A stretch of DNA of 61,446 bases from a virus (Duplodnaviria; Caudoviricetes): positions 1-61,446 of IMG/VR virus record IMGVR_UViG_3300036851_000232; one strand, given 5' to 3'. Position 1 is the stretch's first letter, and every line of letters begins with the position of its first letter. Below the pieces are notes generated by a model, which had not been told where the DNA came from, searched no databases, and was given only the letters and a program-made list of their open reading frames with translations. Made by a program: the position numbers and the translations under genes. This document shows positions 44,053 through 53,701 of the stretch, piece by piece.

Positions 44053-44292
44053 TCAGCCCTCCTTCGACTTGTGGGACGTCGCCTTGCGGGGCTGCTGGGC
44101 CGGCCGTGCCTTCCCCGGCGCGGACGGCTCCAGCAACTCCACCTCACCCGCGGGACGCTCGGCCGGCACCGGCGCAGCGGCCGGCAGCCGGTCGAGGATC
44201 CCGCGCAGCAGCACGGTCTGCTCCTCCAACCGGTCGTGCACGGCCCGGACCAGCAGGTCGTTCACCGTCACCGGAGACGGCAGATCAGCCAC
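44053..44292 (-). CDS. Hypothetical protein after capsid
   Basis: ORF track. Confidence 0.6.
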   Translation of the reverse strand: MADLPSPVTVNDLLVRAVHDRLEEQTVLLRGILDRLPAAAPVPAERPAGEVELLEPSAPGKARPAQQPRKATSHKSKEG

Positions 44293-44296
44293 CGGC

Positions 44297-45487
44297 TCAG
44301 GCGACCGTGCTTGCGCATGAACTCTTCGGGTCCATCAGGACGCCCCCGAAGACCACTCTCAATTTCCACTCGACCGCATCGGTGTCGAAATCGCCGTCCT
44401 CCGGCGCGGTCAGCCCGCCACCGACGCGGGTCGCGTTCGGGGACTTCTGGAACAGCTCCGGTGTCTCGTGCCCGGTGAGGAACCCGACCTCCATCGCCGG
44501 CCGGCCTGCGGTGGGCGCGGCGAACAGGTACCACGAGTTCTCGTTGGACGTGTTGATCACCGGCAGCCACGGGTTCACCAACAGCGAAACCCGGTTCCGC
44601 ATCCAGTTCTCCGCCCGCACCGTCTGGTTCGCGGTGCCGCCGGCCTCGTTCACGTCGATGTGGATGGCGTTGAGGATGTTCCGCGCCGTCACCTCCAGCG
44701 CCGGTGGCACCACCAGGACGACACCCTCGACGAAGATGGGGTTCCCGTCGGTGTCGAGCTGCGCGGCCAGCACCGTGAACGCGGTCTGCAACCCAGCGAT
44801 GGACAGCGCCGGGTTGGCGGTGACGATGTTGTTGTTCGCGGCCGCGTAGAACGTGGTGTCCGGCCCAGCCGCCGACGTGTACAGGTCGGTGGCGAACTTC
44901 TCCACGGAGCGACGGGCCGCACCGGCGAGCCGGTCGGGGATGTCCCGGAACGCGTCCAGGTCATCGTTGATCAGCGTCTCCCACGACAGCGGGATCCGGC
45001 GGCCGTACTTCTTCACGCTGTACTCGTACTTGCCGTCGGTGAGCTTCGCGGCCTTGTACTCGCCGAGCTGCGGCACCTCGTCCAGGGTCGCCTCCCCGCC
45101 GTCCATCGTGAACCGCTTCACGGTGCGGAAGTCCCGGACGGTGCCGCGCCGGGCGATCCGGTCCCACTGCACCGGCATGGAGGCGTAGCGGGCGAGGAGC
45201 TGCCGGTCGAGGATGTCCGCGAACAGGATGCTGAAGTCGCTCGTGGACATGGCCTCGGAGAAGTCCAGGGCGGCGCGGCGGGAGCCGTGCAGCACCTTCG
45301 CGTACAGCCCGGCGACCTCCAGCAGGTTCTGCTGGTAGGCCGGGTTGTGTTCCCGGCGGCGGCGGCGGGCGGACAGGTTGACGCCTTCCCCGGCGTAGAT
45401 CGCCTGGGTGGACGCGTCCTCGGCCTTCCACGAGCCGACCTCGGTGAGGTTGTCGAGGCCGAGGGCGTCGAGCGTTGCAGTAGTCAT
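44297..45487 (-). CDS. Major capsid protein (Mu gpT-like, HK97 fold)
   Basis: EAMSTSDF, V.DFR, KKYGRRIPLSWETLINDDL, LVVPPALE, FL.G.E.P, GDFDTD. Confidence 0.88.
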   Translation of the reverse strand: MTTATLDALGLDNLTEVGSWKAEDASTQAIYAGEGVNLSARRRRREHNPAYQQNLLEVAGLYAKVLHGSRRAALDFSEAMSTSDFSILFADILDRQLLARYASMPVQWDRIARRGTVRDFRTVKRFTMDGGEATLDEVPQLGEYKAAKLTDGKYEYSVKKYGRRIPLSWETLINDDLDAFRDIPDRLAGAARRSVEKFATDLYTSAAGPDTTFYAAANNNIVTANPALSIAGLQTAFTVLAAQLDTDGNPIFVEGVVLVVPPALEVTARNILNAIHIDVNEAGGTANQTVRAENWMRNRVSLLVNPWLPVINTSNENSWYLFAAPTAGRPAMEVGFLTGHETPELFQKSPNATRVGGGLTAPEDGDFDTDAVEWKLRVVFGGVLMDPKSSCASTVA

Positions 45488-45500
45488 TTCTCGTCGCTCC

Positions 45501-45878
45501 TCAGTAGCCGAGCTTCACGGCGATGGTGGTGGTCGCGCCGCTGCTCACGGCCGCCAGCGCGTACCCGAAACGGATCGAGCTCGCGGACCCGGGCGTCTTC
45601 TCGAGGGTGCCCCCGGCGTTGTCCCACACGACGATGTCGCCGACCGCGATGGCCGCGTTCGCGGTGCCGTCGTGGCCGAGCACCGCGAGGTCGAATACCC
45701 CGTCGGTCTTCACGGTGGCGAGCCCGGCGGAGTCCTCATCCGTCAAGGCGACGAACGGGATGTTGCCGACCGCGCCGGGGTCGCCGGACTTCACGAGATC
45801 GCCGGTGCCGGTGCCGTTGACGGCGGACACGTTGAGCGGGAACTGCACGCCCTCGTCGTAGACCTGGTTCTTCGCCAA
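45501..45878 (-). CDS. Capsid cement/decoration protein (DUF2190-like)
   Basis: MAKN...VKSGDP..VALTD...GVFDL...FGYAL. Confidence 0.8.
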   Translation of the reverse strand: MAKNQVYDEGVQFPLNVSAVNGTGTGDLVKSGDPGAVGNIPFVALTDEDSAGLATVKTDGVFDLAVLGHDGTANAAIAVGDIVVWDNAGGTLEKTPGSASSIRFGYALAAVSSGATTTIAVKLGY

Positions 45879-45883
45879 CGGAC

Positions 45884-47752
45884 TCAGCCCCTTCCGGAAG
45901 CGGCGAGCTTCGCCGTCTTCTCATCGAGCCCGATGGACTCGTAGAACTCAGCCAGCCCCTCCTGGAACTTGGCCTCGGTCAGCTCCGCGCCCTTCCCGTC
46001 GCCGCCCAGGCCACGCACGCTGCCCATGCCGAGCGACTCGGCCACCGACGCGATGTAGGTGCGCTCGGAGTCGACCGCGGCCTTGATCGCGGCCTTCAGC
46101 TTCTCCGCGTCCACGGTCGCGGACTCGGTGAGCGGAACGCCGCGGCCCTCGTGCCCGACCACGGCGGCCGTCACGCGGGCGAACGCCGGCTCCGGCAGCC
46201 CCGACTCGGCGAGCGCGGCGGCGGTCTGGGTGCGGGCGACCTCTGCGGCGCGGAGCCGGGCGAGCTCGCTGCGGGACTCGGTGAGCTGCTGCTCCGCCTC
46301 TGCGGCGCGGACCTGGTGGTTGGAGCGGGTCTCCAACGCGGCGCGGGCCTCGGTGAGGTCCTTCTCGAGCTGTTCGACGCGGGCGGCGGCCTCGCCGATC
46401 TCGGCCGGCTGCTGCGTCGTGGTGGTGGTGGTGGAGCCGCCACCTTCGGGGGGCGCTCCGGTGCTGCTTCCGGACACGGAAGCCTCCTTCGGGATGTTGG
46501 TCGGCGGTGCTCCGCCCTTGCTCTCTTCCATCGCTGCGGCGACCGGCGCCGGGTCGGCCCACGGGTCCCGCTCGTACAGCTGCGGCGCGTCCGCCTCGAC
46601 CCGGGACGTGAACGCGGCCAGGGCGTCCCCGATCCCGCCGGACAGGGTGATGCGTTCCTCGCGGGTCAGCCGGCCGTCGCCGTACATGCCGTCCGTCAGC
46701 TCTGTGAACGCGGTGTGCAGCCGGGCCTCCAGCCACCCGCCGACGTTCCGGGCCTCCGCGAGCTCGGCGCGCTTCGACTCCAGCAGCGCCAGCACCTTCC
46801 CGCCCCGCCCCGCCTCAGCCACGAAATCGACACTGAGCGCGCGGTCGATGGACTGCACGATCAGGCCCTCCCGGCCCTCAGCCTCGCCCATCTCCGCCTG
46901 CCCGATCGCGCGGATGGACACGCCGATCTGGTCGGCCATGTCGGCCAGCACCGGCCGCCACGGCCCGAACGACTCGACCTCCGCGACCAGCGCCCTGCCA
47001 TCCCAGTGGGCGTCCTCCACGAACCGGGCGGCGAGGTCCTTCACGGACCGTTCGCCGTGGATCCGGTCCTGCGACTCGGAGATCGTCTGGTGGTCGATGA
47101 ACATCTGGGTGCCGGCGGGGAACGCCTTGTCGGCGGCGGCCTGCTTCAGCACGGTCTCGCTGTAGTGCCCGCTCGATCCCCAGCCGGGGGTGATGAGCTG
47201 CACGCTCATGCGCCGCCCCGTCGGGGTGCCGCGCACCGCCTCGGACAGCGGCGTGGTCTCCGCGAGCGCCGACTCCTTGAGCCCGCCGCCCTTCCCCCAC
47301 GAGTCCGGGATCGCGTCGGACTTGCCCAGCGCCTTCGCCCGGCCGGTGATGTACTTGCGGATCCGGTTGTGCCCGGCCCCGCCCCGCCCGACCGCGTGGA
47401 TCGCCTTGCGGAGGTCTTCCTCGTCGCCGATCGGGTAGGACCAGTCGCCCTGGTCGTTCTTCAGCGCGTGGCCCTTCGCGCCGAGGTCCCGAAGCTGCTC
47501 CGCCGTGTACTTCGCCTCGTCCAACAACCCGGTCACGCGGGCCTGCTCAATCAGCGTCGCCATGGGTGACGTGCCGGTCGTGGTCGTCTTCGGCACGTCG
47601 GACTCCTTCACGTTCGCGTTCAGGGCTGCGAGTTGGCGTTTCGCGGACTGCTCCGAGTCGTGGCAGCCCTTGACGTCGCCGGTCTGCCTGTTCACCACGG
47701 CGAATTGGTCGGCCCGGCATGAGCCGCCACCCTTCACCACGTCCCAGGGCAT
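45884..47752 (-). CDS. Capsid maturation protease / scaffold fusion
   Basis: LITPGWGSSGHY, MFIDH, IGVSI, SVDFVAEAGRGG; coiled-coil C-terminus; start ATG 47752 after GGGAGG. Confidence 0.82.
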   Translation of the reverse strand: MPWDVVKGGGSCRADQFAVVNRQTGDVKGCHDSEQSAKRQLAALNANVKESDVPKTTTTGTSPMATLIEQARVTGLLDEAKYTAEQLRDLGAKGHALKNDQGDWSYPIGDEEDLRKAIHAVGRGGAGHNRIRKYITGRAKALGKSDAIPDSWGKGGGLKESALAETTPLSEAVRGTPTGRRMSVQLITPGWGSSGHYSETVLKQAAADKAFPAGTQMFIDHQTISESQDRIHGERSVKDLAARFVEDAHWDGRALVAEVESFGPWRPVLADMADQIGVSIRAIGQAEMGEAEGREGLIVQSIDRALSVDFVAEAGRGGKVLALLESKRAELAEARNVGGWLEARLHTAFTELTDGMYGDGRLTREERITLSGGIGDALAAFTSRVEADAPQLYERDPWADPAPVAAAMEESKGGAPPTNIPKEASVSGSSTGAPPEGGGSTTTTTTQQPAEIGEAAARVEQLEKDLTEARAALETRSNHQVRAAEAEQQLTESRSELARLRAAEVARTQTAAALAESGLPEPAFARVTAAVVGHEGRGVPLTESATVDAEKLKAAIKAAVDSERTYIASVAESLGMGSVRGLGGDGKGAELTEAKFQEGLAEFYESIGLDEKTAKLAASGRG

Positions 47753-47779
47753 GCGGCCTCCCGGTGGGACAATCAGCGG

Positions 47780-48085
47780 ATGGACCGCGTCGAGATGGCG
47801 ATCGACATTCTGACTAAGCCGACCCCCGCCGAAAGCGAACGTCTGGCTGCCGGATGGCGTCGCCGTGAGGCCGACCGTCGGGAACGCGTGATGATCGCCC
47901 ACGAACGCCTGGCCGAGGTCACCGACCCGGTCGCCCGCGCCGTCCTCGACCTGCACCGCGAAAACGGGCGCGGTCAGTGCGAAGGCGACGAGTTCGGCGG
48001 CTGGGATGGTGAACGCCCCGACTGGCCGTGCGACACCGTCCGCGCCGTGGCCAAGGCCGTTGGCATCGAGATGCCGGACCTGTAA
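47780..48085 (+). CDS. Antisense hypothetical protein (LDLH...C...WPC.T motif)
   Basis: ORF track; TGG-GACAAT 6 nt before ATG suggests leaderless mRNA. Confidence 0.65.
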   Translation: MDRVEMAIDILTKPTPAESERLAAGWRRREADRRERVMIAHERLAEVTDPVARAVLDLHRENGRGQCEGDEFGGWDGERPDWPCDTVRAVAKAVGIEMPDL

Positions 48086-48240
48086 TGGCCGCTGACGACG
48101 ACGACACGGCATGCCCGCACATGTGGCGGCTCGCCGTCGTCACCCTCGACCACGAAGGCGGCCATGCCAAATACGTGTGCGAACTCGTCGGGTGCGTGCT
48201 ACTCGTCCCACCCGGCGGGACGCACCCGCAGACGGTCTAG
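48085..48240 (+). CDS. Antisense small hypothetical protein
   Basis: TAATG coupling; CPH.W...C..C. Confidence 0.5.
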   Translation: MAADDDDTACPHMWRLAVVTLDHEGGHAKYVCELVGCVLLVPPGGTHPQTV

Positions 48241-48434
48241 CTTGCGTGCTTCTCCCCGCTCGACTCTGCCGGGCCGACGATCCACATCTCGCCGTTGCAC
48301 GCCACGCACATGAACCGCGGCATCGCCAGCACGCCAGGCGCCGCGTAGGGCACCGGCACATCGTGGCGGACACCGCACGCCGGGCAGCCTCTCGACCGGC
48401 ACTCCACGGTCAGCGTCGCCGTCATCTGGAACAT
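48237..48434 (-). CDS. Small zinc-ribbon protein
   Basis: CPAC...CVAC. Confidence 0.5.
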   Translation of the reverse strand: MFQMTATLTVECRSRGCPACGVRHDVPVPYAAPGVLAMPRFMCVACNGEMWIVGPAESSGEKHAS

Positions 48435-48444
48435 CCTGACCGCC

Positions 48445-48804
48445 CTACTCGGTGATCACACCCGTGTTCAACTTCCCCACCACCGCCACCCCCGCCGCAG
48501 CCAACGTCACCGTCAACGCCTGCCCCGCCGTGCCCTCCAACCCGGAACCCGGCAACACAACCACATACGGGCCACCCGCCGTCACATCCAGGTCCAAGAT
48601 CGTCGTGCCACCGTCCGCGACAGTGACCCGGCCCCCAGTCGGCGCGGAGCTGTAAGAGAACGCCAGGAAAACCAGCCGGTGCGACTCCCCGGCCACCGCC
48701 GTGATCGTCTGCGTCACGGCCGTGTTCGCCGCCGCGGTCGCGGTACGGCCCACCGCCGCAAGCGTGGTCGTCTCCGCGAGAGTGCTGCGCGATATCACGG
48801 ACAT
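48445..48804 (-). CDS. Beta-rich structural/decoration protein
   Basis: Start MSVISRS after GAGGAG. Confidence 0.65.
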   Translation of the reverse strand: MSVISRSTLAETTTLAAVGRTATAAANTAVTQTITAVAGESHRLVFLAFSYSSAPTGGRVTVADGGTTILDLDVTAGGPYVVVLPGSGLEGTAGQALTVTLAAAGVAVVGKLNTGVITE

Positions 48805-48814
48805 GACGCACTCC

Positions 48815-49873
48815 TCACGCCGCAGCTGCGAGCCGCGCGACCGGGGTCGGCCCAAACGAATCGCGCCAGTCCGGCGTGGACCGGCGCTGCGACAAGTCCT
48901 CCCAGCGAGCACGACCCGACCGCAAAAGCTCAAGGCGTTGCGCCCCCATGACGCGGATCTGGTCCTTCTCGGGTAGCGCGTCGAACACCTGCCTGGCGTC
49001 CGGCACCAGTGGCGGCGGCTCGTCCAGCTGGAAGCCCAGTTGCCGCCACGACTTCGTCACGCAAAGTCGCGCACAACGACCTTGCTGATGGTCTAGCGGT
49101 CCAGCTTCGATCAGCGAATGCATCGAACCGTGCTGCGACCAACAGCTAGGACAGGTGCGCCGGTCGAGCTGCGCCAGCCACTGCCAGCCCGCCAGGGTCT
49201 GGTGGTTTACCAGCTGAGCCTGCGCTGCGGCGAGCCGGTGCGCATCGAGCATCTCGGTCCGTGCCACCCGCAGAGCCCTTGTGGCGCCGAAGTTGCCCAT
49301 GAACGCGCCCTCGAGCCGGCGCAGCATCAGCCTCGCCGCCGCCCGCGGGTTCAGCCCCTCCGCGACCCCGCGGATCAGTACCCGGCGCATCGCCTCACCG
49401 GCCTCCACCGAGATCGGCAACGTCGCGGCGGTGATCTGCTGCGTGGTGCGCTGCACAATCATGTCGAGCGCGCGCGGGTCGACCCGGTCGAACCGGGCCA
49501 CCATCGACGCGACGTCGGCCTTGTCGACGGGCAGCTGCGACACGATCAGGCGGGGCTGCATCGCCGCGGCCTCGGCCACGATCCCCGCCAGGTCACCGCT
49601 GACCGTGACACCGGTGAGCCGGGCCAGGTCGCGCAGCTGCTCCGCCGTGGCGGCGAGCGCCTGCTGCGCCCTCGACGCGCGGAGGATCTGCGCCTGGCTG
49701 GGCCACGAGCCCTCGCCCACGGACAGCAAGTCGGTTACGACGGCATCCCAGGAACTCGAGATCTCATCGAACGCGCGCGCCCACGCCTTCACGAGTTCCC
49801 TCGTTCGTTGGTCGACGATGGCCGACAAGTCGATGCGCAGACGCCTCGCCAGCCGCAGTGTCTCCCGGGTCAC
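48815..49873 (-). CDS. MuF-like minor capsid protein
   Basis: RALRVARTE, WQWLAQLDRRTCPSC, DHQQGRC. Confidence 0.85.
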   Translation of the reverse strand: MTRETLRLARRLRIDLSAIVDQRTRELVKAWARAFDEISSSWDAVVTDLLSVGEGSWPSQAQILRASRAQQALAATAEQLRDLARLTGVTVSGDLAGIVAEAAAMQPRLIVSQLPVDKADVASMVARFDRVDPRALDMIVQRTTQQITAATLPISVEAGEAMRRVLIRGVAEGLNPRAAARLMLRRLEGAFMGNFGATRALRVARTEMLDAHRLAAAQAQLVNHQTLAGWQWLAQLDRRTCPSCWSQHGSMHSLIEAGPLDHQQGRCARLCVTKSWRQLGFQLDEPPPLVPDARQVFDALPEKDQIRVMGAQRLELLRSGRARWEDLSQRRSTPDWRDSFGPTPVARLAAAA

Positions 49874-49962
49874 CGCCACAGCAGCCAACCCCACGCCAGC
49901 CCGCACAACGCGCCGAACACCAGAGCGCCGCAGATCACCAGGATCACGGCCAGCGGATGCAC
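49870..49962 (-). CDS. 30-aa single-TM peptide
   Basis: Own translation MHPLAVILVICGALVFGALCGLAWGWLLWR; exactly fills portal-MuF gap. Confidence 0.45.
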   Translation of the reverse strand: MHPLAVILVICGALVFGALCGLAWGWLLWR

Positions 49963-49964
49963 CG

Positions 49965-51599
49965 TCAGGCCGTCTCGTCCTCGGGCTCGCGGTCCTCGTC
50001 CTCGTCCCCGCCGCTGACCAGCCTCGCCGGGTCCTCACCCCTGCGGAACGCGTCCACCGCAGCCTGACCGGCAGACGCGTTCGGGTCGATGAAGTTCCCG
50101 TCCTCGTCCATCATCTCCTCGATCAGGGCGTCCACATCCGTCACTCCGAGGACCTGCAACAGCAGCCGCGCCGTCACGAGCGGCGGCACCTTGCCGGTGG
50201 CGTCCGCCTCTGTGATGGCCTTGACGAGCTTCTCCGTCTCGATGTCGTCGAGCGCCGGCCAGTCCACGTCGATGGTCCGGTCTTCCTCGTCCGCGAGCTC
50301 CACAACCTCACGGCCGTCCTCATCCCGCGTCACCGTGCCCTGCAACGGGCCGGCGGGGGCCTTCACCGCCTGATCGATCACGTAGTCGAACACGTCGCCC
50401 AGCACCTCGCCGTACAGGCCCCGCCTGGCGGCCATCGTCAACTCGGTCGGGCGGTCCAGGGTGGTCGCCACCGCCCGGGCCCCGGTCTGCCCCGGATCCT
50501 CGAGCAGCATCGTGATCGGCACGTCCAACGCGGACGCGACCATCATCGCCAGCGGCCGACCCGCCTCCACATCAATCGTGGCGCCGGTCTTGGGTATGGC
50601 CTCAAGGGACTGGTCAGGGCCCATGATCGCGGTCGCGCCGGCGTGCAGCGGCGCACCCGTCGCGTCCGTGCCCGGCGCGGTCGCGATGGTCTTCTTCACC
50701 GCGGCCTGCTTGCTGCCCTTCGCCGTGGTGCGCCACGCGAACCGGGACAGCGCCTTCACGAGCCGGGCCCAGTCCTCCAGCAGCTCCTTGTACGCCCGCG
50801 CCCAGTCGATCGCCGCGTACGCGGTCGGCACCCCGAACTTCCAGCCGTCCGGGCGGTCCTCCACCACATGCAACACGGGCGCGTCCCACTGCACCGGATA
50901 CCCGTCGATGCGGGGCAGTCGCGCGCCGCGCGGGGTGTACCCGAGCGCCGGGTAGAACACCGTCCGCGGCTCCTGCCGCATCCGCGCCGTCCCCGGATCC
51001 ACGGTGGTGACGGTCCAGACCCGCTTGTAGAACCACGGGTCCGCCCGGTCCTCCGGGTTGGAGATCACGTCGCTGATTTCCACGAACGGGATCGAGCGGA
51101 CCTGCACCCGGCCCGTGCGCGGCGCGGTGAACAGCGCGAGGAACAGGTTCCCGTCGGTGCCCAACGCCTTGTCCAACGCCAGCCGGGCCTGCTGCCCGGT
51201 GAACGACCGCCGGTTGCTCTTGTCGTCGAGGAACCGCTGCACGATGGCGTTGACGTCCTGCCCGCCGTCCTTCCCGGTCGCCCGGGCGGCGACCGCGACG
51301 CCCTGCCCCCACGTGTAGATGAACCGCAGATTCAGGCCGCGCTTTATGAGCGGGTTCTTGAGCGCCATGAGCTGGCACAGCGCGGCGATGCGCCTGAGCC
51401 CGTCGTGGGAGAACTCGACCTGACCCTCGGCCGCCAGCCTGCGCCAGCCGGCGTCCTCGAGGCTGAGCTCCAGCTCGGTGATGGTTTCGAGGAGGAGCAC
51501 GTTCGTTTCGCGTTCCTGCCCGAGCGCCTCCGACAGATGCGCGATCTCGTGGCCGAGGACAGCGGCGGACTCCGCAAGCGCCGTCGAGTTAGCCGCCAC
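49965..51599 (-). CDS. Portal protein
   Basis: 544 aa after terminase; NPLIKRG, DGNLF, GGGAGG RBS. Confidence 0.85.
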   Translation of the reverse strand: MAANSTALAESAAVLGHEIAHLSEALGQERETNVLLLETITELELSLEDAGWRRLAAEGQVEFSHDGLRRIAALCQLMALKNPLIKRGLNLRFIYTWGQGVAVAARATGKDGGQDVNAIVQRFLDDKSNRRSFTGQQARLALDKALGTDGNLFLALFTAPRTGRVQVRSIPFVEISDVISNPEDRADPWFYKRVWTVTTVDPGTARMRQEPRTVFYPALGYTPRGARLPRIDGYPVQWDAPVLHVVEDRPDGWKFGVPTAYAAIDWARAYKELLEDWARLVKALSRFAWRTTAKGSKQAAVKKTIATAPGTDATGAPLHAGATAIMGPDQSLEAIPKTGATIDVEAGRPLAMMVASALDVPITMLLEDPGQTGARAVATTLDRPTELTMAARRGLYGEVLGDVFDYVIDQAVKAPAGPLQGTVTRDEDGREVVELADEEDRTIDVDWPALDDIETEKLVKAITEADATGKVPPLVTARLLLQVLGVTDVDALIEEMMDEDGNFIDPNASAGQAAVDAFRRGEDPARLVSGGDEDEDREPEDETA

Positions 51600-51633
51600 C
51601 GGTCACCCCCTCCCAGAACTTTGTCCAAGGGTC

Positions 51634-51662
51634 TTGACATGCTGGGTGGCGCAGGCTAACGT
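51634..51662 (+). promoter_or_regulatory. Sigma70/HrdB-type promoter of antisense moron
   Basis: TTGACA(51634)-N17-TAACGT(51657). Confidence 0.75.
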
Positions 51663-51701
51663 TGTCTATGTAAGGACGACAACGAATCGAGGAGCCGGAA
51701 A

Positions 51702-51893
51702 ATGACCTACGCAGACGGATACGCAGCAGCGACCACGTCCATCGAGATCCTGACCCAAACCCTCAGCTCAGACCAGATGCGCGTTCTCGCAGCTCAGAAC
51801 ATCATCCCCGTTCAGCACCGCGACCGCAGCGAGTACGACCACGGCGCAAGCGACGCGTGGGCCGACTACCAGGCACGCCAGCGCCGCCGCTGA
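51702..51893 (+). CDS. Antisense hypothetical protein
   Basis: GAGGAG RBS; downstream of consensus promoter. Confidence 0.7.
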   Translation: MTYADGYAAATTSIEILTQTLSSDQMRVLAAQNIIPVQHRDRSEYDHGASDAWADYQARQRRR

Positions 51894-52007
51894 CCACACA
51901 CTTCCCCGGCCGGGGGACCCGCCCCCGGCCCCGACCCCGAAAGGGGGTGGCCCAGTGGCCACCATCACCACCTCCGAGCGCGACGTCCGCGAGTTCGCGA
52001 CGAGATC

Positions 52008-52235
52008 ATGACCGAGTATCTCGACACCGCCGCGGTGGCCCGCATGCTCGACGTGCGGGCCGAAACGGTCAGCCGGTACAAGCACCGCGACCCCACGTTC
52101 CCCGACCCCGACATCACGCTGTCCGGCCGGCCCGGCTGGAAACGCTCCACCATCCGCGCCTGGATGCGCCAACGCCCCGGCCGCGGTGCTGGTGGCGGCC
52201 GGCCCAGCAAGGACGCTCAGTACCGCGCCATGTAG
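52008..52235 (+). CDS. AlpA/excisionase-like HTH protein
   Basis: YLDTAAVARMLDVRAETVSRY...FPDPD....RPGW...TIRAW..RPGRG. Confidence 0.78.
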   Translation: MTEYLDTAAVARMLDVRAETVSRYKHRDPTFPDPDITLSGRPGWKRSTIRAWMRQRPGRGAGGGRPSKDAQYRAM

Positions 52236-53701
52236 CCGAACGCGTCGTCCAACGACTCGTCCTCCACGATCTGCTCCTCCAGCAGCGGGTTCAGCAGCAG
52301 CCGGTTGATCGCCTGGGAGAACGCGTCCACTTGGTCGTCATGCGCCGAATTAGGGAACGCCGCGAGTTCCTCGATCCACTCGCCCACCCATGGCGCCAGC
52401 TCGTCCGCTGGCACGTGCACGTTCCCGGCCTCCGCGAATGGGCTGACGGCCGACGCCCGCGCCAATTTGCTGCCGTCCGGCTGCACTGGCACCAATCCAG
52501 GCACAATCCGCGCCAGCGCGTTGATGACCGCAGGGCCGTTCGCGGTGTCCTCAACCAGCTTCAACACCGCCTGCGGCCACCTGGCCGACAACGACCGCAC
52601 CGCCGCGCACGTGTCCGTGAACGACATCCGGCCCCGCACCTGATCCAGCAGATACGCGTCCACGCCACGGCGCATCCACACCTGCCCCACCACGAAGTCG
52701 GAGCCCTTCGTGTCCTTGAATGCCATGTCCCACGACTGCACGATCTCGTGATCCGCGCCGGGCACGATCCGGGCGCCGTCCGCCCGGTCGATCCACAAAG
52801 GGTGCTCGAACCGGCGCCACCAATGCCGTTTGAGGATGCCGCCCTCGGCCGGCGACGGCCGGCCCTGGTACAGCGACGCCCATGTTCTGGCCCCCGACCG
52901 GACCTTGATGGCCTCCCACTGCGCAACCGTCCGCCCGCGGGCCGAGGCCATGAACTCGCCCGGCTCCCGGCCCAGCGGATCCGACTCGCCCCGCTCCGGC
53001 CGGTAATCCGCCTGCGCCGGGATGTTCAGCACCCGCCACAGCGCCCCGTCCTCCGCCGCCAGCAGCCGACCGATCAGGTCGTCCTCATGCCAGCGGGTGG
53101 CGATCACCACCACCGGCGCGCCCGGTGCCAAACGGGTGGAGGCGACCTCCAGCCACCAGTCCCACACGTTCTGCCGATAGGTCTCCGAGTCCGCCTCCCG
53201 GCGGTCCTTGATCGGGTCGTCGATCACCATCAGGTTCGACGGCCGGCCGGTCAGCGCGGTGCCGATACCGGCCGCGTACACCCCGCCGTCGTGGCCCTGA
53301 ACCTGCCACTCGTGCTGCGCCGCCACGTCGATCCGCACCCGCAGGCCCAGCTCCGGATGCCCGACGATCGCGTCGCGGATCGACCGGCCGTTGCGGCGCG
53401 CCAGGTCGTGCCCGTAGGAGGCGACCACGATGCGCCGGTCCGGGTCCTGCTGCAGCGCTTTGACCGGGAACACCTTCGCCACCCGGACCGACTTGCCCTC
53501 CTGCGGGGGCATCGACAGGATCAGCCGACCGTCCGGGATGTCCAGCAGCAGGTCCAGCTCGGCGTCGATCCGGTCCAGCGCCGGGGTCTGCACGGTGCGC
53601 GGGTCGAGGATGCGGGCCAGCTCGGCGAGCGGCTGCGCCCGCCGCAGCTTGCGCGGCTCGAACGCCCGGACCATGTGCTCGAACGCCAGATCCAGCGACA
53701 C
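52217..53701 (-). CDS. terL: Terminase large subunit
   Basis: MPPQEGKS Walker A, MVIDDP Walker B, ATRWHEDDL, SWDMAF, HDDQVDA nuclease motif. Confidence 0.95.
   Translation of the reverse strand: MSLDLAFEHMVRAFEPRKLRRAQPLAELARILDPRTVQTPALDRIDAELDLLLDIPDGRLILSMPPQEGKSVRVAKVFPVKALQQDPDRRIVVASYGHDLARRNGRSIRDAIVGHPELGLRVRIDVAAQHEWQVQGHDGGVYAAGIGTALTGRPSNLMVIDDPIKDRREADSETYRQNVWDWWLEVASTRLAPGAPVVVIATRWHEDDLIGRLLAAEDGALWRVLNIPAQADYRPERGESDPLGREPGEFMASARGRTVAQWEAIKVRSGARTWASLYQGRPSPAEGGILKRHWWRRFEHPLWIDRADGARIVPGADHEIVQSWDMAFKDTKGSDFVVGQVWMRRGVDAYLLDQVRGRMSFTDTCAAVRSLSARWPQAVLKLVEDTANGPAVINALARIVPGLVPVQPDGSKLARASAVSPFAEAGNVHVPADELAPWVGEWIEELAAFPNSAHDDQVDAFSQAINRLLLNPLLEEQIVEDESLDDAFGYMARY

Noticed and set aside
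52008-52235. HTH as an excisionase implying integration
   Set aside because: No integrase or att-like site found; the context is an antisense moron in the packaging region.
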